Shown here: positions 55,499 to 64,000 of the stretch, one piece after another
How positions within the stretch are numbered: the first letter of the stretch is position 1
How the letters are laid out: each line of letters starts with the position of its first letter
Assembly: GCA_963757205.1 (NCBI GenBank)
Contig: CAVWQM010000005.1
Location: 78,558 to 142,557 of the forward strand
DNA length: 64,000 bases
Direction of reading: 5' to 3'
DNA from: an uncultured Acidobacteriaceae bacterium
GTDB taxonomy: Bacteria; Acidobacteriota; Terriglobia; Terriglobales; Acidobacteriaceae
Made by a program: the position numbers and the translations under genes
Notes under the pieces: generated by a model
What the model was told of the DNA's origin: nothing
What the model saw: the letters and a program-made list of their open reading frames with translations, nothing else
The model's database searches: none

Positions 55499-58400
55499 AT
55501 GACTCGCATCAAGTTTCTCGGCCCGTGGCGCAGTGGTGCTGCGCTTTCCAGGTTCTCTCCCTCTACCTCACGAATACTTCTCCTGGCATTGGTTGCAGTC
55601 GCGGCGATTCTGGCGGCTCGGCCCGCGATCGCGCAGAACACGGGCAGCATCTACGGTAGCGTCGAGGATTCTTCGGGAGCGGTCATCCCGGGAGCTGTGG
55701 TCACGGCAACCGACCCGGTGCACGCCGTCATGCGCACGGTCAAAAGTAATAGTTCGGGTGATTTCACCATCAGTGGTCTGTCGGTCGGTACCTACACTCT
55801 GACCGTGACGTCCCTTCAGTTTGAAAGCTCCGTCATTACCGGCATCCGAGTCGATGCAAACGCAGACATCAAAGAGACCGTCAGGATGGTGGCTGGATCG
55901 ACGGCCCAGACGGTGACCGTCGTCGACGATAGCAGTTCCGCTATCGATGCAAAGTCGGCCACGCTGGGAACGATGATCGATGAGAAGCTGATTGAAGATC
56001 TGCCGATCGATGGGCACAACGTCGTTGCGCTGTCTGCGTTGCTTCCGGGCGTCGTCGACGTGAATGCGCCCGCAACCTTCACTGGTGACACCAAGGGACC
56101 GACCTTCAGCGCATCCGGCTCGAGAAACACGCAGAACCTGATGCTGTTCGACGGTTTGATGTGGAACAACCTGTTCTACAACACGGGAATTAACTATCCT
56201 CCTCCGAATTCGCTGCAGGAGGTCAGCGTGGTGCTGAACAACTACAAGGCGGAGTATGGGCGCAATGCCGGTTCCGTGGTGAACGTCGTCACCAGGAGCG
56301 GATCGAACCAGATTCACGGCAGCGTGTGGGACTACATTCAGAACCAGTACTTCAACGCCGCCGACTATCTGACCACGGTGAACCCGAAGGACAACATCAA
56401 CCAGGTCGGCTTCACGATCGGCGGCCCGGTGATCAAAAACAAGCTGTTTCTGTTCGGCGCATTTCAGGACCTGATCGGGCGGCTGCAGACGACGGGATCG
56501 ATTCCGGTAATAGGCTACGCAGAGCGCGGGTTGAATCCCGATGGCGTCACTCCGCGGCCTTGCAACACAGCCGGTCCTTTTCCGGGCATGACCTGCGCGA
56601 GCTTTCTTGCAGATGCAACCGGAGGAAAGATTCTGAACCCGGAGGAGATTCCCGGGACAAGCGGAAATCAAGCCACACCAGCTAATGCTGAGAACAACTT
56701 CAACGCAGCGTACCAGCAGGCGGGCGGCACCGGGACCTCGCCTTGCATTGGCCTGTTGCAGCAAGCGGCGACGTACGCTGCCAACAATAACTTTGTGGGT
56801 ACGACAACCAAGCAGCCGACCTACCTGCCGTTTGGAGAGGCGCCCATGGCGTGCCTCAATCCGGTGATGTTGAAGGTCATTAATTCGTTTGTACCGGCGG
56901 TCGTCAACTCTACGGGCGGTCTGGCGGTGACGCATTCGCCCAGCCCGACTGGCGACAAGAACCTGCTGGTGCGTGCCGACTATATTTTCAACGGTCAGAA
57001 CAGCTTCGACGCCAGGTACGACCTCATCAACTCCAGCGCCTTCGGTCCACTGGGCGTCAACAGCTCTTCAGTCGGCGTCGCGACGTATGCGATCGTGGCT
57101 CAGAAGGCGCTCAGCAACTTTGGCAATGTGGGATGGTCGTGGGTGATGACTCCCAACTTGCTGAACAAACTTCGCTTCGGATATAAGCGTTTCGAGAGCA
57201 CGCAACTTCCGACCGATAACCGGACCCTGAACGACTTTGGCGGCAACTTCGTCGAGACCGGCATACCTACTCTTCCTGCATTCAATTTTTCCAATCAGTT
57301 CGCGCTTGGATCGACGAGCCAGGCATATCAGGATCACATCAACGAAAATGTTGAACTGCACGAGGCCATGATCTGGACGAAGGGAAAGCACACGATCCAG
57401 GGCGGGTTTTCCTTTCTTCGCCTGCAGTACCTCACGCGATCAGACTATCCCGGGCAGCTTTCCTTCAGTTCGACCTACACCGGCGTGAGCATTGCGGACG
57501 GCGTACTCGGTCTCGCCAACTCCGTGCAGGCGCAGAATCGCTTGATCCAGGGAGGCATTCAGCACGCGGTCTTTGCGTGGCTGCAGGATGATTGGCGGAT
57601 GACTGCGAAGTTGACGCTGAATCTGGGCGTTCGCTACGAACTGCCATTCCAGTGGTTTGAACCGCACGGAGAGTCAGCCACTTTTATTCCGGGCATTCAG
57701 TCGACGGTATTTCCTACGGCGGTCGGCGGCCTGGGATTTCCGGGGGATAAAGGAGTTCTGCCTTCGCTGGTCCCCACGGACTACAACGGTGTCGCGCCGC
57801 GTGTTGGCTTTGCTTATGACGTGACCGGCAAGGGCAAGTTTCTGGTTCGCGGCGGATTCGGGATCTTCTTCGATGCCGTCAATGCAAACGTCGTCGGCGT
57901 GGGAGAACCGTATCACTTCAACTTCCTGACGCAACTGCCTCTCGGCGGCGCGTCGGTCCCGTTGCTACAGTCTCTTGGCGGCCCAGTTACAGTGATTCCC
58001 GGCGCCTTCGATCCTAAGAATCCGCAGTTCGTCGCGCCCTATTCCATCTTCTTTCCGGATAGGAACTTCCGCACCCCATACGCGGAGGCCATCAACTTCG
58101 GCATTCAATACCAGGTTCCTCATGGCGGAGCGCTGGACGTCAACTACGTTGGGAAGTTCGCGCGCAAGCTGACGGTTCCACTTGACTTGAACCCGGCTAT
58201 CTACGACTGCAGCGGAGGATACTTTCAGGCCGATCCGGCGAAGTATTGCAACAACGCAAATTCGACGGCGCAATCGACTCAGGCTCGCCTGCGTTACGCT
58301 CCATTCAACTTCGGCGGCCAGGGGATTGTGGACATCCTGAGTATCGGAACGTCGAGCTACAACGCGCTGCAGATGCAGTACACGCAGCGTGGGAACAAGT

Positions 58401-59179
58401 ATCTGAATATTCTTTCGTCCTACACGTATTCGCGCGCAATTGACGTGGATACGAACGGTCAGACAACGTCAAACGCGGTGCCGGACGTCTTCAATATCCG
58501 ATCGGACCGCGGACTTTCGGACAACAATGCGACGCACATCTTCAGCCTGGGATGGGTCGTTCGGTATCCCAAGGTCACGAGCGGTTCTCGCTTTGTGCGA
58601 GCTACTCTCAACAATTGGGTTTATAGCGGCACGTATCAGTGGCATACGGGACGTCCGTTCAGCGTACTGATCAATAATGATTCGGCTCTGGTTGGCGAGT
58701 CGAATCAGCGGGCCGCGCTGGTTCCGGGGGCGAATCCGCTTCTGCCAACGAGCAGGAGTCGACTTGCCAAAGTTGCTGAATACTTCAACAGAGATGCGTT
58801 CACTTATCCGAAGGTCGGAACCTTCAGCCCGATCGGAAGGAACGCATTTATCGGCCCCGGCTACATCATGACAAACATGACGATCGGGCGTGACTTTCCG
58901 CTGGCGCGGTGGCGCGAAGGGATGCGTCTGAACTTTCGCATGGAGGGCTTCAACGTCTTCAACACGCCGAACCTGGGGCAGCCTCAGGCAACATTTTCGT
59001 GCTCGACTACGTCGACGAATGGAGGCTCTTGTCCGGCGGCAGGAGGGTCTTATCCTTTGATTGTGGGGTCGGCTACCTCGGCGGTAAACTTCGGCAGCAT
59101 CCGTTCCACGTTTGGAAATAATGGCAACACTTCGACCAATGGGCGCAAGCTGCAGTTTGCAGCTACCGTTTTCTTCTAA
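55499..59179 (+). CDS. Large TonB-dependent receptor-like outer-membrane protein with carboxypeptidase-regulatory-like domain (1226 aa)
   Basis: Signal peptide, GSIYGSVEDSSGAVIPGAVVTATD...SGDFTISGLSVGTYTLTV (CarboxypepD_reg), plug-like region, long barrel and a terminal aromatic residue (...AATVFF). Confidence 0.85.
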   Translation: MTRIKFLGPWRSGAALSRFSPSTSRILLLALVAVAAILAARPAIAQNTGSIYGSVEDSSGAVIPGAVVTATDPVHAVMRTVKSNSSGDFTISGLSVGTYTLTVTSLQFESSVITGIRVDANADIKETVRMVAGSTAQTVTVVDDSSSAIDAKSATLGTMIDEKLIEDLPIDGHNVVALSALLPGVVDVNAPATFTGDTKGPTFSASGSRNTQNLMLFDGLMWNNLFYNTGINYPPPNSLQEVSVVLNNYKAEYGRNAGSVVNVVTRSGSNQIHGSVWDYIQNQYFNAADYLTTVNPKDNINQVGFTIGGPVIKNKLFLFGAFQDLIGRLQTTGSIPVIGYAERGLNPDGVTPRPCNTAGPFPGMTCASFLADATGGKILNPEEIPGTSGNQATPANAENNFNAAYQQAGGTGTSPCIGLLQQAATYAANNNFVGTTTKQPTYLPFGEAPMACLNPVMLKVINSFVPAVVNSTGGLAVTHSPSPTGDKNLLVRADYIFNGQNSFDARYDLINSSAFGPLGVNSSSVGVATYAIVAQKALSNFGNVGWSWVMTPNLLNKLRFGYKRFESTQLPTDNRTLNDFGGNFVETGIPTLPAFNFSNQFALGSTSQAYQDHINENVELHEAMIWTKGKHTIQGGFSFLRLQYLTRSDYPGQLSFSSTYTGVSIADGVLGLANSVQAQNRLIQGGIQHAVFAWLQDDWRMTAKLTLNLGVRYELPFQWFEPHGESATFIPGIQSTVFPTAVGGLGFPGDKGVLPSLVPTDYNGVAPRVGFAYDVTGKGKFLVRGGFGIFFDAVNANVVGVGEPYHFNFLTQLPLGGASVPLLQSLGGPVTVIPGAFDPKNPQFVAPYSIFFPDRNFRTPYAEAINFGIQYQVPHGGALDVNYVGKFARKLTVPLDLNPAIYDCSGGYFQADPAKYCNNANSTAQSTQARLRYAPFNFGGQGIVDILSIGTSSYNALQMQYTQRGNKYLNILSSYTYSRAIDVDTNGQTTSNAVPDVFNIRSDRGLSDNNATHIFSLGWVVRYPKVTSGSRFVRATLNNWVYSGTYQWHTGRPFSVLINNDSALVGESNQRAALVPGANPLLPTSRSRLAKVAEYFNRDAFTYPKVGTFSPIGRNAFIGPGYIMTNMTIGRDFPLARWREGMRLNFRMEGFNVFNTPNLGQPQATFSCSTTSTNGGSCPAAGGSYPLIVGSATSAVNFGSIRSTFGNNGNTSTNGRKLQFAATVFF

Positions 59180-59545
59180 AGGCGTGTGGCCCGAGGGTCT
59201 GGTGCAAACCTTTTCAGGATGAGTGACTAATGGTTGGTTTTTTTTGCAGTGTTATGCAGCAAGAACAGGAGCCCAAATGTCCGGAGCAGATACAGGTCTG
59301 CCCGGTACGTTCCCAATCTTGCGGCAGGCAGTAAGGTGCGGTTTGCCCGTTAACCAACCACAGCGTCGCCTTGCACTGTTGAGTTGATGGCAAAGGTTTT
59401 CACCTAAGGATTCCTGATAGCGAGGAATCTCCACAATGTCTGCGGAAGTGGCCCTTCAGGTGGCGGTAGATCATCCTTTGCCCTCCGGCGTTCGCCATGG
59501 ACGCTACGCTCAGAGAGCGCGCCGAGGGCAAAGAAACATGTCTTC

Positions 59546-60112
59546 CTATTGCCGGTCATCCTGGCGGTCCGGCTCTCTGGCTGCTCCGGAGACCATTCCC
59601 GTAAACTCCCCTGTAGTGGTAAAGAAGACAGGGTTGTTAAGGGCGTCGGCCAACAGCGGCACCACCGTCTCGGTCAACGTAAGGGCGCCGGACGCATCCT
59701 TGAAACGGCCGGTTCCACCAGTGATTTGGAAGGTCAAAGTGCAGTGTGCCTCCCCAGCCGCGAGATCGATGCAATCTTCTCCTTGCGTGAGATTGACCTT
59801 CAATAGACTCCCATCCTGGAAGCGAAATACGCCCGCGCCGGCCTTACTTGAAAAAGCAATCTTATTTGGGCCCGAGCAGGTGCTGGACGATTGCGGAAAA
59901 GCTGTGATAGCCCTGACACCGAGAAAGGTAAATGAGCCTAGCGTACCGTTCCCGGCGACATCCAAGTCGCTGTTCGTTGTGCTGGGCTGCTGTAGATTGA
60001 CCGCGCTCGGCGCGGCAGTTCCCGAAAACCCCATCTTTACGGGATGACGTTGTGCGTAAACGCTTGCGACGCCGAGATTGAGCATCAGCGCTATAGTTGC
60101 TATGTATTTCAT
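59546..60112 (-). CDS. Small secreted hypothetical protein
   Basis: ATG at 60112 is preceded by AGGAGA. Signal peptide MKYIATIALMLNLGVASVYAQ. Beta-rich sequence with two Cys pairs. No family recognised. Confidence 0.6.
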   Translation of the reverse strand: MKYIATIALMLNLGVASVYAQRHPVKMGFSGTAAPSAVNLQQPSTTNSDLDVAGNGTLGSFTFLGVRAITAFPQSSSTCSGPNKIAFSSKAGAGVFRFQDGSLLKVNLTQGEDCIDLAAGEAHCTLTFQITGGTGRFKDASGALTLTETVVPLLADALNNPVFFTTTGEFTGMVSGAAREPDRQDDRQ

Positions 60113-60352
60113 TTGTGTCTCCTGCTTTCGCATTTTGTAAGTGCCTGCTGCGAGATAACCGGTGAACCTAAGGGCGATCAACCGGGTTCAGCACGCACAT
60201 CAAAACTCACACCGCCGTCAAGGTCAAAGGAACTCGCCGTGAAGACTTTGTTAACTGCTAAGCTCAAGTGTTTTCAGGCGAATGGGAAAGGCCCGTTAAC
60301 CGGTGTCACTCGGTGGTAGACTCGACTCCTCATCGGTCCTGTATGACTTTGG

Positions 60353-62719
60353 GTGCCCAGTGTGCAGACACAGCCCGGAATTGTCTATCAATTCGGTCCT
60401 TTTGAGGTAAACGCAGCCTCGGGGGAGCTCCTGAAGAACGGGAGACGGATCAAGCTGCAGGAACAACCCTGCCGGCTCCTCGTCGTGCTCCTGGAAAACT
60501 CCGGAGAGGTAATCAGCCGGGAGGAACTTCGAAACCGCCTGTGGCCCCAAGATACGTTTGTCGACTTTGACGGCAGCCTCCGCGTGGCGGTTGGCAAGTT
60601 GAGGGAGGCGTTGGACGATCACGCTGACGATCCCCGATACATTGAGACGATTCCAAAGCGAGGATATCGGTTCCTCGTTCCTGAAGTACGCCGGGTAGAT
60701 GCCGCTCATGAAGCCACGGAACAGAGCGAAGATCCTGAGCTCTTGAAGACGGACGCAACTCCGGTTGCCGTCAGCCCAAGGCATCCCCGTCTGCTGAAGT
60801 ACGCCATCGCTACTGTCGCCGTGCTCCTTGTGACAGCGGGCGGAGTCTTCCTTTGGCAGAAGCGCGCGCAAGCCAAACCGCTCACGGACAAAGATGTGCT
60901 GGTGCTTGCGGACTTCGCCAACACCACCGGCGATACGGTTTTCGACGGCACGCTGCGCCAGGGGCTCGCCGTGCAACTGGAACAGTCACCCTTCCTCAGC
61001 ATTATCCCTGACGAGAAGATCCAGCAGACCCTCGGTCTGATGGGCCAGCCCGCCGATGCAAAGCTGATACCAGCAATTGCTCGAGAGGTCTGCCAACGGA
61101 CGGCGAGCGCCGCGGTGCTCGACGGTTCGATTGCCAAGATTGGCAAGCAGTACCTGCTGACGCTCAAGGCCGTCAACTGCGAAAGCGGAAAAACGCTGGC
61201 AAGCACAGAGGCACAGGCGAGCGACGAGAACCATGTGCTTAATGCACTTGGAAAGGTGTCCGTCGAGATACGGAATAAGCTGGGCGAGTCTCTCAGCACG
61301 ATCCAAAAGTTTGATACTCCTTTGGAGCAGGCGACGACACCCTCGCTTGAGGCTCTGAAAGCTTACAGCCTAGGCATGCGGGCTGTCAGGACAAAAGGGC
61401 CGGAAGCGGCGACGCCGTTTTTCAAACATGCCGTCGAACTCGACCCGAATTTTGCGGTGGCGTACGCCTACCTGGGCATCATGGCGAGCACTACTCTTGA
61501 ACCCGGCCTCTCTGTGGACTACCGCACAAAGGCCTATGAACTGCGCGACCGGACCAGTGAGGCGGAGAAGTATTGGATTACCGCCGCGTACCATAAAGGA
61601 GTCACCGGCAACATCCCAAAGGCCATAGAAGCCTGCGATCTTTGGATCCAGGATTATCCGCGCTCAGAGCTGCCGCATGTCTACCTGGGTGCAGCAGTTT
61701 TGCCGGTCGTTGGACAATATGAGAGAGCAGTCCAAGAATCCACCGAGGGAGTTCGTCTGCGTCCTGACTTTCCCCTCGCTTACGCTTTCCGCATTCGTGC
61801 GTACACCGCTCTTAATCGCTTCGATGAAGCGAAGGCCGCCTATGCGCAGGCTCTTGAACGCAAATTACATACCCCTTTCATCGACGTCGTTATGTATGAG
61901 CTTGCCTTCGCGCAGAACGATACGGCGGGGATGGCCCAACACGTTGCAAAGCTGGGGGGCGGGAGGTGGGATCACACAATGTTGTTTCTGGTAGGCGATA
62001 CTGCCGCCTATTCCGGACACCTTAAAGACGCCCGCGAGCTCAGCCGCCGCGCGATGGATAGCGCCAAACGCGGCGGAGAGAAAGACGCACCCGCCCTCTA
62101 CTCTGGCACCTCCGGACTGAGGGAAGCCTGGTTCGGCAACACTGATGAAGCGCGGCGACGCGCCACTTTGGCATTGAAGCTCTCGAGCGGCCGCGATCTG
62201 CAGTATTTCGCTGCGCTCGCGTTTGCCTACGCCAGGGATGACGCGCGAGCGAAAGCGCTGGCCGACGATCTGGACAAGAGTTTTCCGGAAGACACAATTG
62301 TGCAGTTCAACTATCTGCCGAGCGTCCGCGGAAAGCTTGCGCTCGACAAGGGAGATGCCTCTGGCGCCATTGCGAGTCTTGCGGCCGCCGCACCTTATGA
62401 GCTTGGGGCGACGAGAGCCATTGATTTGAATTGGACCGCGATGTTTCCAGTCTTTGTGCGTGGCGAAGCCTATCTGGCTGCGCGTCAGGGTAGCAAGGCT
62501 GCCGCCGAGTTCCAGAAGATCCTCGACCATCGCGGCCTGGTCCTGAACCAACCGATCGGTGCGCTTGCCCATCTTGGCCTCGGTCGCGCTTATGTGTTGC
62601 AGGGCGACATCCCCAAGGCCAAAGCGGCCTATCAGGATTTCCTTACGCTATGGAAGGACGCCGACCCTGACATTCCTGTCCTGCAACGGGCGAAAGCGGA
62701 GTACGCGAAATTGCAGTAG
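60353..62719 (+). CDS. Membrane-anchored winged-helix (OmpR/CadC-type) transcriptional regulator with TPR-containing sensor region
   Basis: The N-terminal trans_reg_C domain ends with RYIETIPKRGYRF. One TM follows (YAIATVAVLLVTAGGVFLW), then a ~600-aa extracytoplasmic region with TPR-like repeats. GTG start at 60353 or 60362. Confidence 0.8.
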   Translation: MPSVQTQPGIVYQFGPFEVNAASGELLKNGRRIKLQEQPCRLLVVLLENSGEVISREELRNRLWPQDTFVDFDGSLRVAVGKLREALDDHADDPRYIETIPKRGYRFLVPEVRRVDAAHEATEQSEDPELLKTDATPVAVSPRHPRLLKYAIATVAVLLVTAGGVFLWQKRAQAKPLTDKDVLVLADFANTTGDTVFDGTLRQGLAVQLEQSPFLSIIPDEKIQQTLGLMGQPADAKLIPAIAREVCQRTASAAVLDGSIAKIGKQYLLTLKAVNCESGKTLASTEAQASDENHVLNALGKVSVEIRNKLGESLSTIQKFDTPLEQATTPSLEALKAYSLGMRAVRTKGPEAATPFFKHAVELDPNFAVAYAYLGIMASTTLEPGLSVDYRTKAYELRDRTSEAEKYWITAAYHKGVTGNIPKAIEACDLWIQDYPRSELPHVYLGAAVLPVVGQYERAVQESTEGVRLRPDFPLAYAFRIRAYTALNRFDEAKAAYAQALERKLHTPFIDVVMYELAFAQNDTAGMAQHVAKLGGGRWDHTMLFLVGDTAAYSGHLKDARELSRRAMDSAKRGGEKDAPALYSGTSGLREAWFGNTDEARRRATLALKLSSGRDLQYFAALAFAYARDDARAKALADDLDKSFPEDTIVQFNYLPSVRGKLALDKGDASGAIASLAAAAPYELGATRAIDLNWTAMFPVFVRGEAYLAARQGSKAAAEFQKILDHRGLVLNQPIGALAHLGLGRAYVLQGDIPKAKAAYQDFLTLWKDADPDIPVLQRAKAEYAKLQ

Positions 62720-63016
62720 CAAAGGATTTCGCATCAAACGTTGGGGTTTATCGCTTGTCGCGCCTGAAAGTCCTCTAACTTAGATTCTCACTCCATATCA
62801 GGGCTTAGCCCTCATTGAGAAGAGCCTACTGCCATACATTTCGCGTTCTGTCCGGTTTGTCGGCAAACAGGAAGTTAGCCAGCTAGCCGATCAAGGAGGA
62901 GAGTAACTTCCGTGTAGCCCGTCATCCGGGCGCCAAGCTAGCGGCGGCATCCGCGCGAATAGCCCTCACAAAGCTCGGACGCCGGGGCCGTTAAGTTGGA
63001 AAACCTCGCCCAACGA

Positions 63017-63420
63017 TCACTCGGAACGCAGCACTTGCATGACATCGACGCGAGCAGCGCGTACCCACCCCGTCAAGCCATTTCAATCACCAACAGTCCA
63101 ATCGTGGATACAAGCCCGAACCAGTACCGATCTTGTTGCCGCAGCATCATCCGGCTTCAATGAGTGCCTCGCGATTTTTGCATACGTTGAGATTCTATCG
63201 ACGGCCTCAGGCATCCGCTCTTCGCGAGGCTCGCTCGGAGAACAGTTTCGGACCGGCGGCTTCTGCGTGTTATTGAGCCACCAGATGAGCGCCTGCGCTC
63301 ACATGAGGAGGTGGCCCAGCGCACCGGTGTGGTTACACCTAGCGACTTACCGGCGACAAGGTGATTCAGTTCCGGGCATTGGTTTTGCAGGCGCTGACCT
63401 CGTGTCGCCGGCCTCCGCTG
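63017..63420 (-). pseudogene. Decayed 3' fragment of an ADOP/FtsX-type permease gene
   Basis: The minus strand at 63017-63067 reads WVRAARVDVMQVLRSE-stop, comparable to WVPAQRAVRVDPMSALRFE-stop and WVPARRATKIDPMQALRTE-stop of the intact genes. Upstream similarity (LKPDDAAAT..., NHLVAGKSLGVT...) is spread over several frames with stops. Confidence 0.45.
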
Positions 63421-63594
63421 CTTACCACCCCATCTCTGCATATTGCGCGTTATCTCTGTAAGTTTTGACAGTGTCTTCACCAGCATTCGGCTTCGTACTC
63501 TTTGATCCGTAGCTCGAACGGAGGCTTCGCCTTGATTCGGCAACGAATTGGCATCGAATTCCGCAAGTCTTCCGGCGTTGACCACTTCTCGACT

Positions 63595-64000
63595 TTGGGC
63601 GGAACCAAGAATGCAGGCGAAAGCGCCGGCACATCCCTTGCTTCCTGCGGTATTCAACAGGTCCGCTCCCTTTTCTGCTGTCTTGCCGTCACCATTCTCG
63701 TTCTCTTGTCGGGATGCAACCGTCCACAACAGTCTTCGTTATCGGGAGAAGGATGGCACGACTTTGCAGGAACCTGGACCGCCGCCGGCAACCGCAGCAT
63801 CATGCGCATGGGGAGTGATCGCCAAGCTGCGATCTCCACCCTGGAGGGATCGCTGGTACTGGCTGGTTCGAAGGGCGTCGGTGTCGGCTTTCGGGCGCAG
63901 GTAGTCGTGTTCAACGACAGCGCCACCGGCATGATAGGCCGAGCGGTTTGGACCGATGAGCATGGCGACCAGGTGTTCAGCGAGTTGCGCGGAGAAGGCA
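63595..64000 (+). CDS. Putative lipoprotein, 3'-partial (runs off the window; not in the ORF track)
   Basis: Frame 1 is open from 63469 to the window end. It encodes ...VRSLFCCLAVTILVLLSGC (lipobox, Cys codon 63715-63717), then NRPQQSSLSGEGWHDFAGTWTAAGNRSIMRMG... No in-frame ATG or GTG lies upstream of the lipobox; TTG at 63595 is a guess. Confidence 0.35.
   Translation, partial: MGGTKNAGESAGTSLASCGIQQVRSLFCCLAVTILVLLSGCNRPQQSSLSGEGWHDFAGTWTAAGNRSIMRMGSDRQAAISTLEGSLVLAGSKGVGVGFRAQVVVFNDSATGMIGRAVWTDEHGDQVFSELRGEG

Noticed and set aside
63157-63729. 190-aa minus-strand ORF and 140-aa plus-strand ORF 63039-63461
   Set aside because: Neither has motifs or a ribosome-binding site. The region is better explained by a multi-frame decayed FtsX/ADOP fragment and by the start of the plus-strand lipoprotein frame.

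Overview
Family calls below rest on motifs I recognise in the translated ORFs and on repeats or structures read directly from the DNA. No database search or computation was possible. The window is a chromosomal segment at roughly 55-60% G+C by spot counts. Its gene content points to Acidobacteriota, probably Terriglobia/Acidobacteriaceae-like. The markers are PadR regulators coupled to ADOP-type duplicated orphan permeases, TIGR03118-like and TIGR03436-like secreted proteins, very large TonB-dependent receptors with a carboxypeptidase-regulatory-like N-terminus, and a giant NHL-repeat protein. Layout: (1) 0.1-0.5 kb holds an AT-richer orphan small ORF. (2) 0.7-12.8 kb is an exopolysaccharide locus: E1alpha-like pseudoenzyme, Wzi-like, UDP-glucuronate decarboxylase, UDP-glucose dehydrogenase, Wzc-type tyrosine autokinase, Wza-like exporter, two GT4 glycosyltransferases and a WcaF-like acetyltransferase. 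(3) 12.8-22.2 kb is housekeeping and miscellaneous: RibD_C/DHFR-like, orphan response regulator, binding-protein-less NitT/TauT-type ABC system, truncated AI-2E remnant, GH13 amylase, purQ, CpsB-type PHP tyrosine phosphatase, SDR. (4) 22.2-24.6 kb is a CIRCE-controlled groES-groEL operon. (5) 24.6-32.8 kb holds a Gfo/Idh/MocA oxidoreductase, a TIGR03118-like propeller, a TBDR plus VWA-like pair and a quinone oxidoreductase, separated by a family of structured intergenic repeats. (6) 32.8-38.1 kb holds an ATP-grasp::luciferase-like monooxygenase fusion, a B3 metallo-beta-lactamase, a lipoprotein, a GT2 and a TonB-C-like protein. (7) 38.7-46.8 kb holds two convergent PadR-ADOP operons. They bracket an AT-richer 1.9 kb islet flanked by a 14-bp direct repeat; the islet carries a terminase small subunit, a methyltransferase-like remnant and a two-TM coiled-coil protein. 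(8) 47.7-59.2 kb holds a GH28 polygalacturonase, a TIGR03436-like VWA protein, a 1433-aa NHL/Ig protein and a 1226-aa TBDR. (9) 59.5-64.0 kb holds a small secreted protein, a CadC-like TPR regulator, a decayed ADOP 3' fragment and a partial lipoprotein gene that runs off the window. No rRNA, tRNA or CRISPR array was found. The best candidates for something new are the ATP-grasp::LLM fusion, the islet between the ADOP operons, and a hairpin repeat whose two copies differ by compensatory base-pair changes. None of these is proven from sequence alone.
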